This document shows positions 8,312 to 17,300 of a stretch of 29,568 nucleotides of DNA, piece after piece. The notes below the pieces were generated by a model, which saw nothing but the letters and a program-made list of their open reading frames with translations, had not been told where the DNA came from and made no database searches. The position numbers were made by a program, and so were the translations under genes. Every line of letters starts with the position of its first letter. The stretch's first letter is position 1. Source of the DNA: a virus (taxonomy: Duplodnaviria > Heunggongvirae > Uroviricota > Caudoviricetes). The DNA lies in IMG/VR virus record IMGVR_UViG_3300032213_002044, positions 64,770 to 94,337 of that record; one strand, 5' to 3'.

Positions 8312-10344
8312 TGGCATTTAAAGTAACAAATAAAAATATAGGTAGAAATAGTAGAGATATATCCTATTTAGGTAAGGATTTCGATTCGTTTAGAACTAAC
8401 TTAATGGAGTATGCTAAAACATATTTCCCAAGTACATATAACGATTTTAATGAAACCTCACCTGGTATGATGTTTATTGAAATGGCATCTTACATAGGAG
8501 ATGTATTAGGTTATTATACTGATGCTTCTTTAAAAGAGAGTTTAATACAATATGCATCCGAAGAAAAAAATGTATTTGCATTAGCTAACTTATTAGGGTA
8601 TAAACCAAAATCATCTGCGCCAGCAGTAACAACATTATCTGTATATCAATTATGTAAAGCAGATAACGCAGGTGAATTGGATACTAGATACTTATTGAGA
8701 CTTAATTCTGGATTAACGATAACATCTACATCTAATTCTGAAATTACTTTTAGAACGGTTGAATCATTGGATTTTAGTGACCCAATCGATAGAGAAATTT
8801 CTGTATATAATTTATCAGATTTTAATGTTCCTAATTATTATTTAGTTAAGAAGCAAATTCAGGCAATATCAGCTACAGAAAAAGAATACACTCAACCTTT
8901 CACTTCAGCTGAATCATTTGCATCATTGATTTTACCGGAAACAAATGTTATATCAATTGAATCTGTTATAGATGATGAGGGTAATAAATGGTATGAAGTT
9001 CCATATTTGGCGCAAGAAACAATATATATTGATTATCCTAATGCAGAATCTAATGACCCAGATTTATATCAATTTAAAGAAACTGTACCATATCTTTTAA
9101 AATTATTAAAAACTAGTAGAAGATTTGTAAGTAGAGTAAACGATGATTTTACCACATCAATTCATTTTGGTGGTGGAGATAGTTCTTTATCAGATGAACT
9201 TTTAATACCAAACGTTAAAAATGTAGGATTAGGATTAAATAGTTCAATCGATAGAATGGGAGAATCATATGACCCAACCAATTTTTTAAAAACAAAATCA
9301 TATGGTCAATCACCATCTAATACTACATTAACGATAAATTATTTAGTAGGAGGAGGAATTAGTTCAAATGTACCACAAGGAGATTTGACAACTATATCAT
9401 CAATTACATTTGATAATGATTTAGTAGATATGTTAGATTTAGATGATACCGTATATACGTTTATCAAAAATTCAGTTGCAGTTGAAAACGAAATACCTGC
9501 AAAAGGAGGAAGAGGATTTGATACAATAGAAGAGATTAGAGAAAGTGCATTAGCTAATTTTGCATCACAAAATAGAGCAGTGACATCAAAAGATTATCAG
9601 GTAAGAGCTTTATCAATGCCTTCAAAGTTTGGTGCAATTGCTAAAGTAGTTGCGGTTGGTGATAATTCTTTGAATGCTAATTCACCTGAAAGTATTTTAA
9701 ACTCAACTGATAACGTAGACCAATTTACGGAAATAGTAAAAACTATAACTAAAACAGCAATTGCTAATGGGGGTAACATACCAACTACAAATGATATAAA
9801 AGGATTAGTTAGAAATTTTGTACAAAAGACAACACAAAATGCAGAGTTAGTAAATCCTTTTGCTATTAACCTTTATACATTAGGATATGATTCAAACGGA
9901 AACCTAACTACATTAAACAGAGCTGTAAAAGAAAATCTTAAAACATATATTAATGAATATAGAATGTTAACCGATGGTGTTAACATAATCGATGGATTTA
10001 TTATTAATATAGGTGTTAATTTTGAAATAACCACATATAAAAACTTTAATCAAAGAGAAGTAATATTAACTTGTATAAATGAGTTAAAATCTTTCTTCGA
10101 TATAAATAATTGGCAATTTAATCAAACTATAAATCTTTCTGATATAGAATTAACTATAGCTATGGTTGAAGGTGTTGCATCGGTTCAGAGGGTTGAGATT
10201 GTAAATAAGTGTGGTGGTATATATGCAAGAAATAGTTACGATATACAAGCAGCAACAAAGAATAAGATTATCTATCCATCGTTAGACCCATCTATCTTTG
10301 AAGTTAAGTTTCCTGATAAAGATATTAAAGGTAAAGCTATATAA
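8311..10344 (+). CDS. Baseplate wedge protein, T4 gp6 / P2 gpJ-like
   Basis: DFDSFRTNLMEYAKTYFP.TYNDFNETSPGMMFIEMASYIGDVLGYY, GGRGFDTIEEIRE, SQNRAVTSKDY; directly after gp25. Confidence 0.85.
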   Translation: MAFKVTNKNIGRNSRDISYLGKDFDSFRTNLMEYAKTYFPSTYNDFNETSPGMMFIEMASYIGDVLGYYTDASLKESLIQYASEEKNVFALANLLGYKPKSSAPAVTTLSVYQLCKADNAGELDTRYLLRLNSGLTITSTSNSEITFRTVESLDFSDPIDREISVYNLSDFNVPNYYLVKKQIQAISATEKEYTQPFTSAESFASLILPETNVISIESVIDDEGNKWYEVPYLAQETIYIDYPNAESNDPDLYQFKETVPYLLKLLKTSRRFVSRVNDDFTTSIHFGGGDSSLSDELLIPNVKNVGLGLNSSIDRMGESYDPTNFLKTKSYGQSPSNTTLTINYLVGGGISSNVPQGDLTTISSITFDNDLVDMLDLDDTVYTFIKNSVAVENEIPAKGGRGFDTIEEIRESALANFASQNRAVTSKDYQVRALSMPSKFGAIAKVVAVGDNSLNANSPESILNSTDNVDQFTEIVKTITKTAIANGGNIPTTNDIKGLVRNFVQKTTQNAELVNPFAINLYTLGYDSNGNLTTLNRAVKENLKTYINEYRMLTDGVNIIDGFIINIGVNFEITTYKNFNQREVILTCINELKSFFDINNWQFNQTINLSDIELTIAMVEGVASVQRVEIVNKCGGIYARNSYDIQAATKNKIIYPSLDPSIFEVKFPDKDIKGKAI

Positions 10345-11309
10345 TGATATACTTTGTAACGGCATCAAAGGATGCATCGGTTTATAGTTTATATGTAAAT
10401 AAAAACACAGGTTTAGATGAGATACTAACTATATCCAAACATTACTCACGCTTTGCGGAAAGAGATAATGCTAGAACATTTATTGAATTTGATATAGATA
10501 ATGTACCATCTTATGTAACCGCATCATCGGCTACTTTACAATTAACACTTACTCAGCCCGAAGAACTGGCAGTGAGTTATTCGGTGTATGGATATCCTGT
10601 AACTGAAAGTTGGAATATGGGGAGAGGGACATGGCCTGAAAATATTAACACAGATGGTATAAATTGGACAAACCAAAGTGGAGTTGATTATACAATAGAA
10701 ACTATTCAATCATTTACATATTTCGATGGAGATATCAAAATGAATATTAAACCAATATATGATTATTGGACAGGTTCAGCTAATTATGGATTAAGATTAT
10801 CACATACATCATCAGCTGAAAGTACTTCATTGGATTATGGTGTTCTAAAATATTACTCTAAAGAAACAAACACTATATTTCAACCTTTGTTAAAATTAGG
10901 ATGGGATGATTCTCAATTTATCACCGGTTCACTTACTGCATTAACTGATTCACAAATTATAGTTAGAAGTAAAGAATTAAGGGATAATTATACTGAGGGT
11001 AATAAAGTTAAGATAAAAATAATAGGAAGAAGTTTGTATCCAACTAAAAGTTTTACAAATTCCTTTTCATATGATGATGTTAAGTATTTACCTCAAACTT
11101 CATATTATGCAGTTAGAGATGAAATAACAAAAGTTAATATAATAGATTTTTCGGATTACACAAAAATCAGTTGTGATGCGAATGGTAATTACATTAATTT
11201 AGATACTTCTAATTTCGCTAAGAATAGAGTTTATAGATTATTGTTTAAGATAGTTAGGGATGGTATAACTGAATTTATTGAAGATGATTTAACTTTTATA
11301 ATTAAGTAA
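10344..11309 (+). CDS. Baseplate-associated protein with DNRLRE/CBM96-like beta-sandwich
   Basis: SKDASVY...NTGLDEIL...ARTFIEFD...ATLQL...NYGLRL...KYYSKET...PLL pattern resembles DNRLRE domains; family call tentative. Confidence 0.5.
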   Translation: MIYFVTASKDASVYSLYVNKNTGLDEILTISKHYSRFAERDNARTFIEFDIDNVPSYVTASSATLQLTLTQPEELAVSYSVYGYPVTESWNMGRGTWPENINTDGINWTNQSGVDYTIETIQSFTYFDGDIKMNIKPIYDYWTGSANYGLRLSHTSSAESTSLDYGVLKYYSKETNTIFQPLLKLGWDDSQFITGSLTALTDSQIIVRSKELRDNYTEGNKVKIKIIGRSLYPTKSFTNSFSYDDVKYLPQTSYYAVRDEITKVNIIDFSDYTKISCDANGNYINLDTSNFAKNRVYRLLFKIVRDGITEFIEDDLTFIIK

Positions 11310-12322
11310 TGGAATTTGAATTAATTAAAAAGGATTTACAGAATAGTGGTTCGTTAGTGGCTAAAAACAAACCAAACTCTTATTTTCAAACAAACGTTGA
11401 AGATGAGAAAGGAGGGTTTGTGTATGCACCTTCTAAAAAAAGAGTATATAATACTGATGAATTAAAGAAGACAATTGATATAAATGTAGTTGAATTAATT
11501 CCAGATAGATTAGAAACACAATTAGATTTAGTTCCACGTGTAATATATAATCAGGCAACTCGTTCATTAGAACTTGCAAACGAAACTATATTATCACAAT
11601 CCATAGTAATTGGAGGATTAGAGGCGCAAGTATCAGAATTAACTTCAATATCAGCATCATTAGATATACAATTAGATAATGAAAGATTATTAAGAGTTAC
11701 TGCAGAATCAAACGCAGAACAACTTAGAAAACAATTTGTTTTGGTAAATGATACAATGCAAACTGCATTACAACGCTCAGTTAGTGAGGGTATTGAAAAA
11801 ACTGGATTACAAGCTAGAAATGAGGGACAGAGTGCGACGGTTCAATCTCTTGGAAAACAAGTAGATAGTTTAACTCAACAACTAAATGGTAAAAATGCCA
11901 GATTAGCAGAGGGAGCTAAAGCGGCTGCAGATTTTACCATTAGAGTAATTGAAAAATCAGACCCTGCAAATAAGGATTTATATTTTGATGTTAAAACGGG
12001 TAATTCAACCGGTAAATGGAACAATGGGCCAACTGTAGAATTATTTAATACAACATTAGAACCGATAACCGTTGATATAAAAATTAAAGGAACTCAATCG
12101 TGGATTGGTGGGCCATCGATAGTTAATATAGAACCTCAACAAAAAGTTGAAGTAACGATGCAACCTGATTTTGGTGTAATCAATGGTTTAGACCCTAGAC
12201 CTAGAACGTTCTTAGGAATATTCGGAGGAGGTTCTGCTACAAACTACATTGGAACTGTATCATTTAAAAGTAAAAATGGAGAAGTTTCTTTAAGTTGTAA
12301 TTTATACAAACATAGAAGTTAA
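11309..12322 (+). CDS. Putative structural protein: central coiled coil plus C-terminal Ig-like domain
   Basis: Heptad-rich region (LEAQVSELTSISASLDIQLDNERLLR...VQSLGKQVDSLTQQL) then beta-rich VELFNTTLEPITVDI...VNIEPQQKVEVTM. Confidence 0.55.
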   Translation: MEFELIKKDLQNSGSLVAKNKPNSYFQTNVEDEKGGFVYAPSKKRVYNTDELKKTIDINVVELIPDRLETQLDLVPRVIYNQATRSLELANETILSQSIVIGGLEAQVSELTSISASLDIQLDNERLLRVTAESNAEQLRKQFVLVNDTMQTALQRSVSEGIEKTGLQARNEGQSATVQSLGKQVDSLTQQLNGKNARLAEGAKAAADFTIRVIEKSDPANKDLYFDVKTGNSTGKWNNGPTVELFNTTLEPITVDIKIKGTQSWIGGPSIVNIEPQQKVEVTMQPDFGVINGLDPRPRTFLGIFGGGSATNYIGTVSFKSKNGEVSLSCNLYKHRS

Positions 12323-12327
12323 AAAAT

Positions 12328-13719
12328 ATGAGTTTAGATAAATTTAAAAATATTGATGATGTATTAAAGAAGGGAACATCTCTTACTACTGAGTTAAGCG
12401 CTACTGAACTTAAGTTAATAGATAAGGGATTTATTGCAACACCTTTTTTAATTGGTAATAATGATGTTTTAGAATTTATATTGTATGATTCTACTAGTAA
12501 CATATTAGAACAAAAAGATTATGGAAATGTTCGTTATATAAATGCAAATGAAATATCAAATTATATTATAAGAAGTGAAAATGTATTAGATACGATATAT
12601 GATGGAGGAGGATTTCTTATAGATGTTAAAAAATTAGTAAAAGAAGCGGGGTATAACACAGGAGTATTTAGAGTGCAATTTAATTTTGTAAATAATAGAA
12701 TTGGTTCTAAAATAGAAATGGATAGATTATGGATTCATGAAATATCACCATCTAGAACAGAATTAAGATTATTACCTTATAATAATTTCAATACAAATAT
12801 TGCGTATGAAGCTGATATAGAAAGAGATTTAAATCAGGCATATGAAAGTTTTGTAGTAGGTAGATTTAGTGGGGATGAGGTTTATTCTGAAATAAACGAA
12901 ATTATAAACAGATTAGATGTTCAGCGATTACAAGATACATTTGCTAAAATAAAATCAAAGGATTACATAGATAGAATACAATATGAATTTGGTATTACTA
13001 ATTATGACCAATTCTTTAGCAAAGTATTAGAATCTATGGGTGAAGCGGTTAGACATGCATTACTTCATAAAAATTCAATTATAGGAAGTTCAGATTTTGG
13101 TAAACCATTAGGAGATGAAATTGATTTTACATATTATAATAAAAATGATATTGTGAATCTTCTTAATAAAAAATTTAGAGATGCATGTGATTTCCATCTT
13201 CCGAAAAGAACATTGGCTAATGAAGTATTGATAGATGCACAAACACAGGAAAGTATAGATAACTTAACTACATTAATTCAAAAATTAGAATCCGATAAGG
13301 TTACAGAAAATGTTTCTACAGAAAGAGTATCTGTTCCAATACCAACGTATGGAGAAATTAAAGATGCAGTAACATCTGTGACTAAAACAGCAGTTATTGT
13401 TCCTGGTGTAGAAACTCCTGTAATAATAGAAACTCCTGTTATGGAAACTCCAGCGACAACTGTATCAGATGTAATTAATGAAAGAGGTGGTGGTGGATTT
13501 TTAGATAAATTTAGAAAAAAAGGAAATAAACCTAAAACTGGATTTTTAAATAAAGATATAACTAAAAAGAAACTTGGTTTATTTGGAGGAAGGGGTAATG
13601 TAACTAACGGAGGAACAGGAGGTGGAACTACTACCGGTACAACGGAAGGTGATAGAAGAGCTGGAATACCATCTTCTATTGCAGAAAGGTTAAGAAATAA
13701 AAGAGATAACCAAAAATAA
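12328..13719 (+). CDS. Hypothetical structural-module protein with T/P-rich linker and basic Gly-rich tail
   Basis: 463 aa; globular N-part (LWIHEISPSRTELRL), then ETPVII/ETPVM/ETPA repeats and a K/G-rich disordered C-terminus. Confidence 0.6.
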   Translation: MSLDKFKNIDDVLKKGTSLTTELSATELKLIDKGFIATPFLIGNNDVLEFILYDSTSNILEQKDYGNVRYINANEISNYIIRSENVLDTIYDGGGFLIDVKKLVKEAGYNTGVFRVQFNFVNNRIGSKIEMDRLWIHEISPSRTELRLLPYNNFNTNIAYEADIERDLNQAYESFVVGRFSGDEVYSEINEIINRLDVQRLQDTFAKIKSKDYIDRIQYEFGITNYDQFFSKVLESMGEAVRHALLHKNSIIGSSDFGKPLGDEIDFTYYNKNDIVNLLNKKFRDACDFHLPKRTLANEVLIDAQTQESIDNLTTLIQKLESDKVTENVSTERVSVPIPTYGEIKDAVTSVTKTAVIVPGVETPVIIETPVMETPATTVSDVINERGGGGFLDKFRKKGNKPKTGFLNKDITKKKLGLFGGRGNVTNGGTGGGTTTGTTEGDRRAGIPSSIAERLRNKRDNQK

Positions 13720-13726
13720 ATAAAAG

Positions 13727-14377
13727 ATGGCACAAAGAACTATAGAAGAATTAGCTAACGATTTTACTTCCGCTGGTACAAATCCAGGAGGCATTAGCGA
13801 TTCTATATTAACCTCAACCGGCGGCGGAGGTGGAGGAGGAGGAAGAGCGCCAGGTGGAGATATTCTAGCATTTGACCCATATACAAGCCCATATATAACT
13901 TCTAGAAAAGTTTTTTTTACAATAAACACATATACTAATTTAAGTAGAACCGATGTTTTGGCAAAAGCTTATTTAAACGGTACTGAAATAGAAGACCAAT
14001 CGAATTCAAAAGGAAGAGTTACATTTAGTTTAGATGAACAACGATTATTAAATCCATCTACGTTAACATTGGTTAGTGGTGATTTGAAACCACAAAAGTA
14101 TTTTTTAATTCAATCTAGAAAAGATATTGAAAATGAAGTTTCCATAATAGAAATTGATAATATTGCAGATACAACGCCTGTTGAGGGCACTCCTGTGCCA
14201 GGCGGAGAACGATTTGGTGGTGGATTTGTTGATACACGTGGTGGACAGTTTGATGGAAGTGGCGGTGGCTCTGGTGGTGGAGGAAGAAGTTTTTACGAAC
14301 CGGGTAACTATGATTCTGGATTATATGATGGTAGTAAACTTGTAGCTGATAGGCCGAGAATGGACGAACAAAAATAA
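13727..14377 (+). CDS. Hypothetical protein with Gly-rich N- and C-terminal segments
   Basis: 216 aa; TGGGGGGGGRAPGG and GGERFGGGFVDTRGGQFDGSGGGSGGGGRSF flank a ~100-aa beta-rich core. Confidence 0.6.
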   Translation: MAQRTIEELANDFTSAGTNPGGISDSILTSTGGGGGGGGRAPGGDILAFDPYTSPYITSRKVFFTINTYTNLSRTDVLAKAYLNGTEIEDQSNSKGRVTFSLDEQRLLNPSTLTLVSGDLKPQKYFLIQSRKDIENEVSIIEIDNIADTTPVEGTPVPGGERFGGGFVDTRGGQFDGSGGGSGGGGRSFYEPGNYDSGLYDGSKLVADRPRMDEQK

Positions 14378-14380
14378 ATG

Positions 14381-14388
14381 ATAATTAT
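14381..14388 (+). promoter_or_regulatory. Possible variant late motif ATAATTAT
   Basis: 6 nt before ATG 14395, the same spacing as at 21304; this variant also occurs inside ORFs (e.g. ~6899), so support is weak. Confidence 0.3.
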
Positions 14389-14394
14389 TAAGTA

Positions 14395-17300
14395 ATGGCA
14401 CAAAGAGAGATAAAAATACCGTTTAAGGATTACAGAGCTGATATAATATTGGATGTTCCATTTGAGGGAAACATTTCAGTTAGTACACCAGCACCTCCTC
14501 AGGCCATTTCTATAACTATTATTAACTCTATAGACCGACCTTCGGTAAGAGTTTATTATAAGAATGCAGCATCATTAGATGTTCAGGAAACTATAAGTAC
14601 TACTAGAACTATTGAGGTATTACAGAATAGTAAATTATCTATAGGTAGAGCAGATGCTATAAACTTTAACATCACTGGTATTAAGGTATCAAAAAGTGAT
14701 GGAACTTTAGTAAAAGATAGTTCAGCAAATTTATTTGATTTAGAAAATATTGTAGAAAGTTATACTATAAATGTAACAAGTCAGCAAAATGTAACTACTG
14801 ATAATATAGCTAAATTTTCAAATGTATTACAACCAACATACAAATGGAATACGGAATTAAATAAAGAATTTTCCATAAGTGTAGGAGTACAAAATGCTAC
14901 ATATGTAAAATACTATTTCCCAAATCAATCGGGTGCAAATTCAAATGGAGCAAAGATTGCCAACGTTGTTGACGGAACTGCTATAATTGTATTAAATAAC
15001 CCAAACGCGGTAGGAATATATGGATTAGTAGTTATAGCTGGAAATGATTTACTAAAAGATGGAGAAGAACAGAGGGCTAGAATAAATGTATATGTAGAAA
15101 AAACATATGGTCAACCGGATGTAACTAATATTATATTTGATAGAAATATTATAGAGGCCGATTTAAGACCTTTAGATTTTGATTTTAAGTTTGATATAGA
15201 TACAGTAGATTCTGAAGGAGTTGATGTATTTTTAGGTGATAATAAAATTTTTAATACTCCAATAGTAAATGGAGAGGCTAAAATCACATTAAAGGCAAAG
15301 GAATTATATAATTCATATAAAACTTATTTTAATGAAGATGATGATTCGTATGAAATAACATTTACCTTACAACCATATTTTAATGGTATAAATGGTAAAA
15401 TAGTAGGTAAGAGAGAAAGTTTTACTGTTTTTGTTCAAAAGGCTAAATACATTGTTTCAAGTGGAGAAGTTTTAGATACGTTTGCAAATGTATTTTCTCA
15501 ACTATTCTCAGGCGAAACAACTAAAAAAGATTTTGAAGATAACATTGTATTTGAAGATGATAAACACTTATACTATCAAGTTAAAACAGATAATGATGAA
15601 TCGTATGTTATAACAAATACAGGTGCGGATGACGCTACATTCTCATTAGAGGGTGAAAAAATTGTTCCCACTAGATATGAGATAGACCCTCAAAGTGGAA
15701 ATACCGTAAGGGTAAGAGAACAACGAGATTATTATTCATTAATAGTTAAATTATTAGAACCGGTAGCAGAAACTATAACTCCAAATCAATTAATTTGGGT
15801 TACTAAACAAATAATACCATCTATTGTAGAAACTATTATTATAAATGATAGTGATGAAAATACTTGTATTCCATTAAAACCAAACTTTGGAATAGATGTA
15901 GTAGATGAAACGGGCTATGAATTTTTTAATCAAATTGTAGCAAGCGGTTCAGTTACTTCTAATGATATAGTAAATCAATATTTATCAAAATCTCAATTTA
16001 ATTTAGAAGACCTTAATATTGAATACACTAGTGGCAGTAATGTAACTTCATCATATTTTTTAAAATTTGAAAACTTTGTTAACTTTTCAAGTGCACAAAC
16101 TCGTTTAGAAAATTTTCAATATAAAATAGAAACAATTGAGAATTGGGAAAATAAATTAACAACTACTCTTTATTCAGGTTCTACATTATCTACTTCATCT
16201 GTATCATTATTGACAAGTGCATCTTATGATGATAAAATAAGAATTATAAAAAATGGATTCGATGGATTTGAGAAACAGATGTATGTTGATTATGGAGTAA
16301 ATTCTTCAAACTCTCAGTTTTTTGAAATTCAAAAAGATTATGCAGAAGTATATGATAGAGAAAACAGAAACTATTTAGTAAAACACACACCTCAATTTAT
16401 AAAAGAGGATTCAGGTAATTTAGAATTCCTTTCATTCTTAGAAATGATAGGCCAACATTTCGATATTATCTGGTCATATATTAATGGAATTAATAGAATT
16501 AGAAAAGTAACTAATAAATCTACAGATGGTATATCTGATAAATTAGTTTATACCTTATTAGAAAACTTTGGATGGGACCCAAAGACTCCCTTTAGTGGTC
16601 ATCAATTGTGGCAATATGCATTTGGAACAAATGAAGATGGATTGGTTAAAACTAATCAAAACTCATTAGGTAATAATGTGTCGCCTTCTTATACTCCGGA
16701 GCAAGCAAGAAATCAAGTTTGGAGAAGAATATTAAACAACTTACCATACCTTTTAAAACACAAAGGAACTAAGAAAGCTATTAATGCAATTATGGCTTGT
16801 TATGGTGTACCATCTTCATTATTAACAATAGTTGAATTTGGAGGGCCTGCAAATAGTGGTTCTCAGAGTACTAAATATACATATGAGGATAGAACTGCGG
16901 CACTTAACATTTCTAGAGATGAATATCTTACCGTTGATTGGAAAGAAGGAACATCATTCAATGACCCTGATGCAATCGAACTTAGATTTAAAACATCTGT
17001 ATTACCATTTGTATCACAATCTACAACTCTTTATCATACACAAAGTTTAGTAAACATTGGTGGAAATGGTAGTGGTATATGGAATGTTAAGTTAGTACCA
17101 TCTGGTTCTACGATATATGGTGATATAGTATTCCAAATGAGTGCGAGTAGTAATGTTTATATTTCTCCTGGTGTAGTAACTTCAGGTTCTGAATTAGTAT
17201 CAATGAGTATTCAAAATGTTCCTATATTTGATAACACATATAAACACTTTACTATTCAAAGAGAAGTTCTTAGTAGAAATGAGTATATTGGTAATACGTT

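Noticed and set aside
13411-13453. Three GAAACTCC(T/A)G repeats
   Set aside because: Coding micro-repeat (ETPV/ETPA) in a linker; no sign of CRISPR or regulatory structure.
14154-17050. Alternate-frame + strand ORFs 14154-14345 and 16832-17050
   Set aside because: Fully nested in longer genes, short, with no start signals or motifs.
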